From Holosporaceae bacterium (GTDB lineage Bacteria > Pseudomonadota > Alphaproteobacteria > UBA3830): a stretch of DNA of 59,179 nt. The notes under the pieces are model-generated. The model had not been told where the DNA came from, did no database searches, and saw only the letters and a list, made by a program, of their open reading frames with translations. The stretch is taken from NCBI GenBank assembly GCA_031282425.1, contig JAITDT010000024.1, positions 1 through 59,179 on the forward strand. The letters run 5' to 3'. Position 1 is the stretch's first letter. Each line of letters opens with the position of its first letter. Below are positions 31,460-41,367 of this stretch, piece after piece. Position numbers and translations under genes: made by a program.

Positions 31460-32436
31460 TTATTGCTCGTAGTCCTTTGCGTATTACGTTAGGAGGAGGC
31501 GGAACTGACATGCCTTCCTACTACCATGATTACGATGGATTTTCGATTGCTGGAGCAATTGATAAATATGTGTATGTCACGATAATGCGACCATTTACGC
31601 CAGGAATCTATTTGAAATACTCGCAGCTTGAACATGTGGAACAGGTTGATCAGGTGCAGCATAAAATCATTCGCGAAGCTCTTTATATGCAGAATTTACG
31701 TACTCCCCAGATAGAAATAACCTCTTTGGCGGATATTCCTTCCGGAACAGGTCTTGGTTCTTCTGGCAGCTTTACCACTGCGTTACTGAAGGCTTTGTAT
31801 GCACATCGATGCAAGATGATTATGCCGCACGAACTTGCGGAATTAGCATGTCACATCGAGATAGATCGTCTGAGCGAACCCATTGGCAAGCAGGATCAAT
31901 ATATCGCTGCCTATGGTGGTCTACAATATTTTACCTTTCATAAGGCAGGTACAGTTTCTGCCGAACCGCTTAATATATCAATGCAAACAGTTTTCGATTT
32001 AGAGGATAAACTGCTTTTATTTTTTACTGGATTCTCCCGCAGCGCCGGAAGCGTTTTGAAAGATCAATATTTACGTACTATGCAGCATGACGACGAGATG
32101 CTGAACAGTTTGCATTATGTGAAAAAGTTGGCTTATCAATCTAAAGAAGCGTTAGAAGCAGGCGACCTGACAAAATTTGGCCAACTCATGCACGAACATT
32201 GGGAACATAAGCGAAAACGTTCCCACAATATGAGCAATTCCCAGATAGACGAATGGTATAAGCTTGCTATAGCCAATGGAGCGGTGGGAGGCAAGCTTGT
32301 GGGAGCTGGCGGCGGCGGTTTTTTGATGTTTCTTGTCGACGATGGCGTAAAACTGCGTCATACCATGAATAATATCGGTCTCGAAGAAGTCCGATTTCGT
32401 TTTGATTTTCATGGAACTAAGATATTAATTGGTTGA
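31456..32436 (+). CDS. hddA: GHMP kinase, D-glycero-D-manno-heptose 7-phosphate kinase-like
   Basis: MIIARSPLRITLGGGGTDMPSYY N-terminus and the GHMP motif PSGTGLGSSGSF. Confidence 0.8.
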   Translation: MIIARSPLRITLGGGGTDMPSYYHDYDGFSIAGAIDKYVYVTIMRPFTPGIYLKYSQLEHVEQVDQVQHKIIREALYMQNLRTPQIEITSLADIPSGTGLGSSGSFTTALLKALYAHRCKMIMPHELAELACHIEIDRLSEPIGKQDQYIAAYGGLQYFTFHKAGTVSAEPLNISMQTVFDLEDKLLLFFTGFSRSAGSVLKDQYLRTMQHDDEMLNSLHYVKKLAYQSKEALEAGDLTKFGQLMHEHWEHKRKRSHNMSNSQIDEWYKLAIANGAVGGKLVGAGGGGFLMFLVDDGVKLRHTMNNIGLEEVRFRFDFHGTKILIG

Positions 32437-32454
32437 TCAGACAGAGTTTGGTAA

Positions 32455-33192
32455 ATGATTGATAGAGGTGCAGAGCGCATGCTTCCAGTAGCAATGTTAG
32501 CAGGTGGACTGGCCAAGCGTATGAGACCGATCACTGAAAAAATTCCCAAAGCGTTACTGCCTGTTGCAGAAGAACCTTTTATATTTCATCAATTGCGCCT
32601 ATTGAAAAAACAAGGGATAACTAGGATTGTATTGTGTGTTGGCCATTTGGGCGAGCTAATCGAAGAACAAGTAGGCGACGGTTCAAAATTCGGCCTGGAA
32701 ATAGCTTATTCCTTCGATGGTCCCAAATTGCTTGGAACGGCCGGCGCTCTAAAGAAAGCTTTGCCTTTATTGGGGGATGTTTTTTTTGTGATGTACGGAG
32801 ATTCTTATCTTACTTGCAATTACAGCGAAGTATATAGACACTATAAAAAATGCGAACGACCTGCTCTCATAGCGATCTATTGTAATCAAAATTTATATGA
32901 TATCAGTAATATCGTTTTCGAAAATGAAGAGATTGTCAGTTACGATAAGAAGGATTTTATTCCTCAGATGCATTATATAGATTATGGGCTTAGTATTCTA
33001 TGTGGACATCTGCTGAACAATTTAAAATTAAATGAATTTTATGATTTAGCAGATGTTTACATGGATTTGGTTAAAAAGAAAAAAGTAGCTGGATTTGTTG
33101 CTCGCGAGAGATTCTACGAAATTGGTTCGCCTGAAGGGCTAAACGAGCTGTCCGAGTTATGTAGTATTCTACCCTCTCCATTGAGCGCTTAA
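32455..33192 (+). CDS. hddC: sugar-1-phosphate nucleotidyltransferase, heptose-1-phosphate guanylyltransferase-like
   Basis: AMLAGGLAKRMRPITEKIPKALLPV is the G-x-G-x-R-L nucleotidyltransferase loop; 245 aa. Confidence 0.75.
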   Translation: MIDRGAERMLPVAMLAGGLAKRMRPITEKIPKALLPVAEEPFIFHQLRLLKKQGITRIVLCVGHLGELIEEQVGDGSKFGLEIAYSFDGPKLLGTAGALKKALPLLGDVFFVMYGDSYLTCNYSEVYRHYKKCERPALIAIYCNQNLYDISNIVFENEEIVSYDKKDFIPQMHYIDYGLSILCGHLLNNLKLNEFYDLADVYMDLVKKKKVAGFVARERFYEIGSPEGLNELSELCSILPSPLSA

Positions 33193-33199
33193 TCTACTC

Positions 33200-34195
33200 T
33201 TAAACCTCTGGTTTTTTGAATACCCCGATACAACGAATGCCGAATGGATACGATAATACCTTGCCAAGCATTAATTCAATTTTAAGTATCATACGTACAA
33301 TAAATCCACTGGTCAGGGCTATTAGAGCTATGGATAAACGAGAATTACAAATGGATTGTTGTTTTGCTGCCGTAATATGCCAACGAGCTCTCGTCTTTTT
33401 CACGCACAAAAAAAATGGATATAGAAAAAATCCCAGATGAGAAAAATAAACTCGCTCTAGTCCGGATTCGTTTAAAAGTTTCAAAATTTGCGCGTTACTG
33501 TAACGCCTGTAATGGTGTAATTGAGCATCATAGGTGTCGAACAGTTTCTCTCCGTATGGGACTTCAAAGATAAAAACCCCTCCAGGCTTTAAAATCCGGT
33601 GTATTTCTTGCACAGCGCGACTGTGATCTTTTATATGCTCAAGAACGTTTAACGCTAAAACCGCGTCGTAGCTTTTGTCCGGTAAAGGGCAATCTATTAG
33701 ATCAAAACACAACAACGGAGTCGGAATATTTTCTTTTTTTAATTCTTTTGATAATTTACGCAGCGTTTTATTAATGATATCAGCCCCTACAATTTGTGCA
33801 TTAGGGAATAACCGTCGCATGCGACGCAATAAAACGCCACTAGAGCAGCCTATTTCTATAAGTCTCCCCCCCCCCCCTTGCTTAAAATTTGGACAATACT
33901 TCTTTATATTTGCAATTCCAGTAATAAAAGAAGCTTCATCGATGGGATGTCGACCGTTACTTATTTCTTCATGAAAATCCGTTAAATTGTCGTCCCATCC
34001 TGTTGGCGCATTAGGCATAGAATACGCTAAGACGCCTTCAAAAGACGGCTTCCCAACAAACTCTTTCCCATTCCATATTACATCTTCATGTTTGGTAGGA
34101 TGTGGAAATATTTGCTTGCTAGGTGAACACATCTTCATCTTCCACGACCTTATGCTATGCCTCCGACAGGCAATAATACTATATAATACAGGCAT
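33200..34195 (-). CDS. class I SAM-dependent methyltransferase containing an in-frame G12 tract
   Basis: GGGGRLIEIGCSSGVLL (motif I) and YDAVLALNVLEHI. The four Gly codons are a single G12 run. Start codon uncertain. Confidence 0.75.
   Translation of the reverse strand: MPVLYSIIACRRHSIRSWKMKMCSPSKQIFPHPTKHEDVIWNGKEFVGKPSFEGVLAYSMPNAPTGWDDNLTDFHEEISNGRHPIDEASFITGIANIKKYCPNFKQGGGGRLIEIGCSSGVLLRRMRRLFPNAQIVGADIINKTLRKLSKELKKENIPTPLLCFDLIDCPLPDKSYDAVLALNVLEHIKDHSRAVQEIHRILKPGGVFIFEVPYGEKLFDTYDAQLHHYRRYSNAQILKLLNESGLERVYFSHLGFFLYPFFLCVKKTRARWHITAAKQQSICNSRLSIALIALTSGFIVRMILKIELMLGKVLSYPFGIRCIGVFKKPEV
33866..33877. repeat. C12 homopolymer (G12 on the coding minus strand)
   Basis: Counted directly. 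It encodes GGGG immediately before SAM-binding motif I. Confidence 0.95.
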
Positions 34196-34446
34196 CTAAA
34201 TACAAGTCAAATGCGTACGAGATTGTCATATAAACATATATTAAATTTTTGATGAATGAGTAAACGAATAGAAAACTCGAGCATTTTCTCTGATTTAGAG
34301 AAACATTTAATGGCGTTCGCCAATCGATGCAGTCTTGCAAGATTGTTAGTAAAAATGTAACCATCAAAAGTTAAGTCCTAACTAACAATCCCCATAAGAC
34401 GAAATGCCCTAGTAAAATAAATTTACCTGATTTAATGTAGACTACT

Positions 34447-37071
34447 ATGGAAGATAGCAGTTTATTCTACAGCTCTGTCAAAGATGCAACTCCGGCAATG
34501 TCGCAGTATCTGACATTTAAGTCGCAGTATCCGGGATGTCTGTTACTATTTCGCATGGGGGATTTCTTTGAACTTTTTTTCGAAGACGCTAAGATTGCTT
34601 CCTCTATATTAAACATTGCCCTTACGCATCGAGGGAAACACATGAATGAAGATGTTCCCATGTGCGGAATTCCGGTCGTAACTTTAGACGCTTATGTGGG
34701 ACGACTCGTGAAATATGGGCAAAAAGTGGCCATCTGTGATCAGGTCGAAGATCCGCAAGAGGCGAAAAAGCGCGGCTATAAAGCTATCGTAAGGCGAGAA
34801 ATCACGAGAATCTTAACCGCCGGCACTATAATTGAAGAAAATTTATTAAACTCAAACAGAAATAATTTTCTGGTATCGATTGTGCCTGATATTTGTCGGA
34901 AAACAGAAAAAATCAAGACGGTGAGTTTTGCCGCCATAGATATATCAACCGGTGAGTTCTTCGTAAATACATGTTTGGCAGATGAATTTCCATCGTTTTT
35001 GAAAATGTACAATCCACGAGAAATATTGATTTCATCGAGTATAGAAAGAAGTGATTTTGCAAAATCTTTTTCTTCCGTCTGCGACGCCTCCATTACGGCG
35101 TTACCAGAGTCAAAATTCAATCCCATCGTCGAAAAAGAAAGGCTGGAAAGATATTTCAAGGTCAGTACATTGGATAGCTTCGGCATAAAATTAAGCAATG
35201 AATTGTCCTCTTGTGGCGCTGTTTTGGAATACTTACTCATAACGCAGCGCGATAATGTTTCCAACTTGCCTATCCCTAAAAGAACGTCATTTTGTAATTA
35301 TCTGATCATTGATCCCGCTACGAGCAAAAGTCTAGAGATAACGACCTCTAATCGCGGCGAGCATGAATACAGTCTATTGGGTGTCATTGACAAGACAAAA
35401 ACCGCGTTTGGATCCAGAGCTCTTGCCGCTAGGGTATCAATGCCTCTGATAAATAAAGATCTGTTAGAAAAACGCCTAAATTGCGTCGAATTCTTCATCA
35501 AAAATGAAAAACTATTGAAGTTGATTCGCGATACCATTTCGGGATGTCCAGATTTTGAAAGGGCTATTAATCGCATAAAATTTAACAAATTCTCTCCCCG
35601 AGATCTTGGAGATATTCGAGAATCTTTGCGTATGGTTTGCTCCATAAAAACGCTTTTCAAAAATGTCAATATGCCCAGCGAGGGAGAATATTATGTTGAA
35701 AAATTAAAAGACTTCTCAGAATTATATGATTTGCTGGCAACGGCCTTGATAGAAAAATTGCCGGCATCTAATAACATGCATGGAATAATTTCAGATGGAT
35801 ACTCTAGAGAATTGGATGAGCTAAAGTATTTAAAAAATCACAGTGAGGAGTTAATTCTTGATTTACAGCACAAATACATCGATGAAACCGGAGTTGGCGC
35901 TCTAAAAATCAAAAATAATGCCATTATAGGCTGGTATGTGGAAGTTCCTTTATCTCAAAGAGGTAAGATGAACGATCGGTTCATACATCGTCAAACGCTT
36001 ATAAATGCCATGAGATATACGACCCGAGAACTAATTTCTGTACAGGGCAAATTGATGAACATTCTGGACGAATGGGAGCAGTTGGAGAAGGAGCTATACG
36101 AAAAAATTGTGGATAAAATGCTAAAATTTCAAGAAGAAATTTTTCATGCCATAAAAGTACTGTCTCTCCTCGACGTTTATACGAATCTGGCTTATGTGGC
36201 CCTGGAAAGAAATTATGTTCGTCCTGAAATTTCCGCCGATCCGATTTTAAAAATAGAAAATGGTCGACATCCTATGTTGGATTTGCACGGGCAAGATTTT
36301 ACAAGCAATAATTGTGATCTCGATGATTCCAAAATTTGTCTACTCACGGGACCTAACATGGCCGGAAAGAGCACTTACTTACGCCAAAATGCGTTGATTA
36401 TGATTCTAGCTCAAATCGGAAGTTATGTCCCCGCTTCTGTGGCTATTATCGGAATCGCCGACAGGTTGTTTTCTCGCATCGGGGCGTCTGACGACATAGC
36501 TCGCGGACGTTCCACTTTTATGGTAGAGATGATAGAAACGGCGACTATTTTAAATCAAGCGACCGCGAAATCATTTGTTATATTGGACGAGGTTGGACGC
36601 GGAACATCCACCTATGATGGGCTCTCCATCGCCTGGGCTGCCATAGAAAATCTTTATAAAGTCAACAAATGTCGCGTTTTATTTGCGACTCACTATCGGG
36701 AGTTAGCAGCTCTCCAAAACACGCTAAAGAATATAACGTGTAAAACATTGAAAGTTCAAGAATGGAACGGAGACGTAATATTTTACCATAAAATTATAGA
36801 TGGAATTGCGGATAAATCCTATGGCATTCATGTGGCCAGTATCGCTGGAGTTCCAAAAACCGTAATAAAGAGAGCGATGGAACTCTTGAAAAATTTCGAA
36901 TCACAAAGTGGCAAAAGTTCCGACGAATTCTTGATGGAAGCATCAGATCAGATGGAATTTTTCTACGCGCAAAATTCCAAACTAAAACAAAAACTTGACG
37001 CTATCGATCCCAATAACATCTCTCCCAAGCATGCGCTGGAGATACTGTATGAGTTAAAAGAGTTAGTTTAG
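34447..37071 (+). CDS. mutS: DNA mismatch repair protein MutS
   Basis: TPAMSQYLTFKSQYPGCLLLFRMGDFFELF N-terminus, Walker A GPNMAGKSTYLRQ, and DEVGRGTSTYDG. Confidence 0.97.
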   Translation: MEDSSLFYSSVKDATPAMSQYLTFKSQYPGCLLLFRMGDFFELFFEDAKIASSILNIALTHRGKHMNEDVPMCGIPVVTLDAYVGRLVKYGQKVAICDQVEDPQEAKKRGYKAIVRREITRILTAGTIIEENLLNSNRNNFLVSIVPDICRKTEKIKTVSFAAIDISTGEFFVNTCLADEFPSFLKMYNPREILISSSIERSDFAKSFSSVCDASITALPESKFNPIVEKERLERYFKVSTLDSFGIKLSNELSSCGAVLEYLLITQRDNVSNLPIPKRTSFCNYLIIDPATSKSLEITTSNRGEHEYSLLGVIDKTKTAFGSRALAARVSMPLINKDLLEKRLNCVEFFIKNEKLLKLIRDTISGCPDFERAINRIKFNKFSPRDLGDIRESLRMVCSIKTLFKNVNMPSEGEYYVEKLKDFSELYDLLATALIEKLPASNNMHGIISDGYSRELDELKYLKNHSEELILDLQHKYIDETGVGALKIKNNAIIGWYVEVPLSQRGKMNDRFIHRQTLINAMRYTTRELISVQGKLMNILDEWEQLEKELYEKIVDKMLKFQEEIFHAIKVLSLLDVYTNLAYVALERNYVRPEISADPILKIENGRHPMLDLHGQDFTSNNCDLDDSKICLLTGPNMAGKSTYLRQNALIMILAQIGSYVPASVAIIGIADRLFSRIGASDDIARGRSTFMVEMIETATILNQATAKSFVILDEVGRGTSTYDGLSIAWAAIENLYKVNKCRVLFATHYRELAALQNTLKNITCKTLKVQEWNGDVIFYHKIIDGIADKSYGIHVASIAGVPKTVIKRAMELLKNFESQSGKSSDEFLMEASDQMEFFYAQNSKLKQKLDAIDPNNISPKHALEILYELKELV

Positions 37072-37165
37072 TTTTTGAGTCAGGCAATTCTTAGGGTTGT
37101 ATTTAGAGATTGTTTTTTGCCGGAAAGTATGCTCTATAGTCTACGTTTGATTTTGGATTTTTTTT

Positions 37166-38431
37166 ATGCCTAAAAAGATGAAATTCGGCGCGGTATTGGC
37201 CATTGTGTTTGGAAGTCAGATTGGTTCTGGGATATTTGTATTGCCAGCCACTCTTGCGCCATTTGGGATATTTGGAGTTTTTGGATGGGGATTGGCAAGT
37301 TTGGGTGCTATGCTGTTGGCGTTTGTTTTTGCAGATTTATGCTCAAAATTTCCACAAACTGGAGGACCGCACGTCTATATACAAGAAGTTTTCGGAAGAA
37401 AAGTCGGGTTCTTCGTCGGATGGATCTATTGGCTAGTATCTTGGACCAGTACTTCCGTTGTGGTGATTGCTGCTATTGCCAGTTTAAGTACATTCATTGG
37501 AAACGACGTATCTTCTCATGTGTATTTATGTGGAGAAATTGTGCTGCTCTGCATAATTGCCGCCATCAATTGCAAAAGTGTTAATCTAGCCGGGAATGTG
37601 GGAATTCTTCTGACACTCCTTAAGTTCATTCCATTTATTCTCGTTCCCGCGGTGCTTTTTTGTAGTTTCGATGGAAGAAACATAGTTACGGCTCCGCAAT
37701 ACTCAAATTTTTCTGCCATGAAATTAGCCATGATTGCGGCAGTGGAATCGTTTTGGGGATTTATTGGAGTGGAATGTGCGACAGCTCCGGCCGGTGCAGT
37801 GGAAAATCCAGCCAAAACCATACCGCGAGCCATAATTATTGGAACATTGGGAGTAGCTGTGGTTTATTTTCTCAATAATCTATCTATTATGGGCGTAATT
37901 CCCGGCGACGCGTTAGCCTCTAGTAACGCTCCCTATGTGGATGCTATTAATAGCGTATTGGGAAAAAATATATCGATGATCATATCTGTTATGGCGTTTT
38001 TTTTGATGGCAGGCACCGCCAATACCTGGACGTTAGCGTCGGCGCAAATATCTTTTGGGTTGGCTCAGGACGGCTTACTTCCACCTCTTTTTGCAAAAAA
38101 GAACAGAAATCTAGCGCCGTATGCGAGCGTATTGATTAGTAGTTTAGGAATTATACCAATACTATTGCTTTCAAAAGATCAAAATTTGTCTGAACAAATA
38201 AATAATATCATTAATTTTTCGGTGGAAATTTTCCTGATAGTTTACGTCATATCCTGTTTAGCCTTTATAAAAATCAATAGGAACTCTGGCAAAATCTGGA
38301 AAACTGTTTTGGGAGTGGCGGCACTCTCGTTCTGTGCCGTTATGATGGTGAACTCATCGGTCCAATCAATGCTGGTGGCGCTATTATTCGCGGCTAGCGG
38401 TATTTGCGTGAGACCTTTCGTAAAACGGTGA
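37166..38431 (+). CDS. APC-superfamily amino acid/polyamine permease
   Basis: FGSQIGSGIFVLPATLA motif and about 12 TM helices; 421 aa. Confidence 0.85.
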   Translation: MPKKMKFGAVLAIVFGSQIGSGIFVLPATLAPFGIFGVFGWGLASLGAMLLAFVFADLCSKFPQTGGPHVYIQEVFGRKVGFFVGWIYWLVSWTSTSVVVIAAIASLSTFIGNDVSSHVYLCGEIVLLCIIAAINCKSVNLAGNVGILLTLLKFIPFILVPAVLFCSFDGRNIVTAPQYSNFSAMKLAMIAAVESFWGFIGVECATAPAGAVENPAKTIPRAIIIGTLGVAVVYFLNNLSIMGVIPGDALASSNAPYVDAINSVLGKNISMIISVMAFFLMAGTANTWTLASAQISFGLAQDGLLPPLFAKKNRNLAPYASVLISSLGIIPILLLSKDQNLSEQINNIINFSVEIFLIVYVISCLAFIKINRNSGKIWKTVLGVAALSFCAVMMVNSSVQSMLVALLFAASGICVRPFVKR

Positions 38432-38593
38432 TCGCAGTCATTAGAATCGTAGAATAACTGCATCCTGATTTGAAAATCATTAACTCTCTGTCAATATTTT
38501 TCTGAAATAATAGGAGGATGATTTTACATTGCAATATAAGGATTTGGTTTAATGCAATTTTCGATAGTAATTAATAACTTGATTGCAATAGGC

Positions 38594-38605
38594 GGGGGGG
38601 GGGGG
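38594..38605. repeat. G12 homopolymer
   Basis: Counted directly. It lies inside a short ATG-initiated leader (ATG 38552) upstream of the Flp-like gene. Confidence 0.95.
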
Positions 38606-38838
38606 TAAACCTTCTAGAAGAGAGGCGTCTTTCATGTTCTGATTATTTGTCAATTTATCAAAATAGTTTCAATTATTACTTATTTCGCAGTCTCCAAAGT
38701 TTTTTTGATTTTTTCTCAAAAGTAATTTTCTTTTGGCATTGCTTTCAAATTTATTCTCCGATGTTTTCCTCTTCTTCAAAAAGTATTTCTTTTGCGACAA
38801 CATCTGGAAAAAAATCTTTTTTCAATGAGGTATCTCTG

Positions 38839-39837
38839 ATGTCACCGGAGAAAAATCACCATTCCCGCCGTTTGTTGACAAAAAAGGGGTCTAGAGGGGC
38901 GATATCGGAGTATATTCTTCTGGCAAGCCTGGTTGTGATGGCAGCCATTTATGGACTAGGATCTGTGGGCTCATCGATTCAAAAACAATTTCAGACGCTG
39001 CTCGATGATTTCGGAAAATCTGCGTCTTCTTCTATAGAATCATTGTCGCCGGAAAAACAGAAACAGATGTACGAGACGATGCGAACGGCCGTAATGAATG
39101 CAGGAATAGAGAATGAAGAAGATGCAGATCAAATTGCTTCGGTCGCTGCGAATACAGCTACAGAATCCTATTTGGAAGCTATAAATTCAGAATATGCTAA
39201 ATCTCTAAGTCCCGAAGAAGCCGAAATTTATGCTACAAGAATTGCCGCTTGGGAGGCTTATAAATCTGTGTATGAGCAAAATGGAACTGCCGAACAGAGA
39301 GCAATGGCGCACGCCTCAGCGAGAGCTGCATATAAAGCGATGATAGAAACCATGATTGGTAGAGAATCGACGGAGGCGGAATTAGTAGGCAACATAGCCT
39401 ATGCTTCTGCGCTGGAGACGGCATCCACAGTTCTAGCAGCGCTGAAAGACTCTCAGAGGAACACAACGCTGGATGTAAAGGCTGCTGCTGCCACCGTAGC
39501 GGAGCAGTTTACAAGAGAGGCAAATATTATGTATGAGGAAATAAATAAAGATAGAATGGGCTCGTCACCTTGGATTATGACTTATTCTTCAGGGCCATTT
39601 TCATCACTGTATAGTTTACTTCAGTCCATAGTCGCAGACGCAAACATGGACTGGGAAAAAATGCCACCCAATCCTGAACTACTGAGAAAAATAGACCGGG
39701 CGGCGGCAGCATCGGTGCTCTATGAAAATAGCTATTATGCATATGATGTAGCATATGATGCTTACGGCTTCCGAAGTGAGCTAGCCAAATGGGCTGAACA
39801 GGTGCGGAACGGCACGCTAATAAGCGATGAACGCTAG
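38839..39837 (+). CDS. large protein with Flp-type (type IVc) prepilin-like N-terminus; minimal CDS
   Basis: ATG 38839 is preceded by GAGG. MSPEKNHHSRRLLTKKGSRG|AISEYILLASLVVMAAIYGLG resembles the Flp leader-G|xxxxEY-hydrophobic helix. A ~310-aa Ala-rich, apparently helical domain follows. The same frame is open upstream to 38578, so the ORF-track start of 38647 is possible. Confidence 0.6.
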   Translation: MSPEKNHHSRRLLTKKGSRGAISEYILLASLVVMAAIYGLGSVGSSIQKQFQTLLDDFGKSASSSIESLSPEKQKQMYETMRTAVMNAGIENEEDADQIASVAANTATESYLEAINSEYAKSLSPEEAEIYATRIAAWEAYKSVYEQNGTAEQRAMAHASARAAYKAMIETMIGRESTEAELVGNIAYASALETASTVLAALKDSQRNTTLDVKAAAATVAEQFTREANIMYEEINKDRMGSSPWIMTYSSGPFSSLYSLLQSIVADANMDWEKMPPNPELLRKIDRAAAASVLYENSYYAYDVAYDAYGFRSELAKWAEQVRNGTLISDER

Positions 39838-39949
39838 TTATGCTTAAAATGTAACAAACTGGATTTTCAGCACATTGTAGAAGCAAAAACTAAAATTGAT
39901 CGGCAATCCATTAGTGAATACAACTTATAATAAGATATCGTCTACTTCT

Positions 39950-40819
39950 CTATGCCAATCTTTTTATCAATGAACTAAACCCATGCGATTTTAAAAAATC
40001 TGCAGCCTTTAAGAAATTGTAGAGTATCTTCAGATCATCAACATTTATATCCAGCGGAATGTCTTTTTCAAGGGTAACTAACTTAAGAGAGATATCAAAT
40101 TGCGCCCTCTGATTTTTAAGATATTCTTTAATTCTATTGGGCTTAACGTCGTCGATATTTTGGTACAGCGCTTCTGGAGTTTTAAATTCTTTAACAAGCT
40201 TTGCCGCCGTTTTTGGACCGATACCGCCAACGCCAGGAATATTATCAGAAGCGTCGCCCATTAAAGCCTGCAGAAAAATCATCTGATGCGGTAAAACGTC
40301 ATATTTTTCCCGCACTTCGTCTGCTTTTATAAGCTTTGATTTTATCGGATCGAATAGAGAAACATTGTCTGATACTAATTGCATTAGATCTTTGTCCGAC
40401 GATATGATTTTTACATCGTATCCCTGCTCCGACAGTTTCGCCGAGTATGTGGCGATTATATCGTCGGCTTCAAATCCTTTTTTACTGATTGTTGAAATGC
40501 CGAAAGCCTCGCAAGCGTCGCGAAACATGGGTATTTGTACCTTTAATTCTTCCGGAATTGCCTGTCGGTTGCTTTTATATTCAGCATAGATTTGAGAACG
40601 GAAAGTGTCCCTGCCGCTATCCAATACTACGCAAAATGGATTGGCGATGAATGCTTCAGCTAAAATCTTATGTCTTTTCAATAGAGAAATTAGCATGGAG
40701 CAGAATCCAAATACTGCGCCAACGGGATGTCCATCTTTGTTGATCAGTGGCGGGGAAGCATAATAGGCTCTATATATAAAACCGGAGCCGTCTACTAATA
40801 TCGCGGAAGTTTTAGCCAT
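39950..40819 (-). CDS. stand-alone 5'-3' exonuclease (Pol I N-terminal domain homologue)
   Basis: MAKTSAILVDGSGFIYRAYYA, then GFEADDIIAT and MGDASDNIPGVGGIGPKTA (H3TH). Start placed at ATG 40819 (289 aa). Confidence 0.88.
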   Translation of the reverse strand: MAKTSAILVDGSGFIYRAYYASPPLINKDGHPVGAVFGFCSMLISLLKRHKILAEAFIANPFCVVLDSGRDTFRSQIYAEYKSNRQAIPEELKVQIPMFRDACEAFGISTISKKGFEADDIIATYSAKLSEQGYDVKIISSDKDLMQLVSDNVSLFDPIKSKLIKADEVREKYDVLPHQMIFLQALMGDASDNIPGVGGIGPKTAAKLVKEFKTPEALYQNIDDVKPNRIKEYLKNQRAQFDISLKLVTLEKDIPLDINVDDLKILYNFLKAADFLKSHGFSSLIKRLA

Positions 40820-40823
40820 AAAT

Positions 40824-41270
40824 TTATTGTAAAGTTTGATTCTTAGCTTCCTTTTGCTGTTGATATAGATCGGCAAAATTAACTGGGGCGAGATATAATG
40901 GTGGAAACCCACCCTCACTAACGGTACTGGCGATGATACTTCGGGCAAAAGGAAACAACAACCGCGGGCATTCGACGTATAAAATAGCATCCATGACGTC
41001 GTCGGGGAATTCTTTAACGATAAACTCTCCGACATAATTTAATTCTAATAGAAACAGCGGCTTATGGAGTTTTGCATCAATCTTCGCCATCAAGCTAACA
41101 TGAAATATATCAGACTCTTTTCCTTTCTCAATATTCACTTTTAATTGTACGTCAATCTGAGGCTGCTTATCAGAAGCTTCTGATTCTTTAGCCAAACAGA
41201 TATTTTCAAATGATAAATCCTTTATATATTGCGCTACTACTCCAAAGGTCTGACTGTTTTCTCCTGCCAT
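40824..41270 (-). CDS. secB: protein-export chaperone SecB
   Basis: FGVVAQYIKDLSFEN...ECPRLLFPFARSIIASTVSEGGFPPLYLAPVNF is the SecB signature. ATG 41270 is preceded by GGAG (148 aa). Confidence 0.88.
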   Translation of the reverse strand: MAGENSQTFGVVAQYIKDLSFENICLAKESEASDKQPQIDVQLKVNIEKGKESDIFHVSLMAKIDAKLHKPLFLLELNYVGEFIVKEFPDDVMDAILYVECPRLLFPFARSIIASTVSEGGFPPLYLAPVNFADLYQQQKEAKNQTLQ

Positions 41271-41367
41271 GAATACTCCAACTCGTTTTGACTGGTTGAT
41301 GATACAGAATACGATGCGGCATCGCAAGTTAGAAACTGCGGCTGAAGCTACCAAACGATTATAGAAG

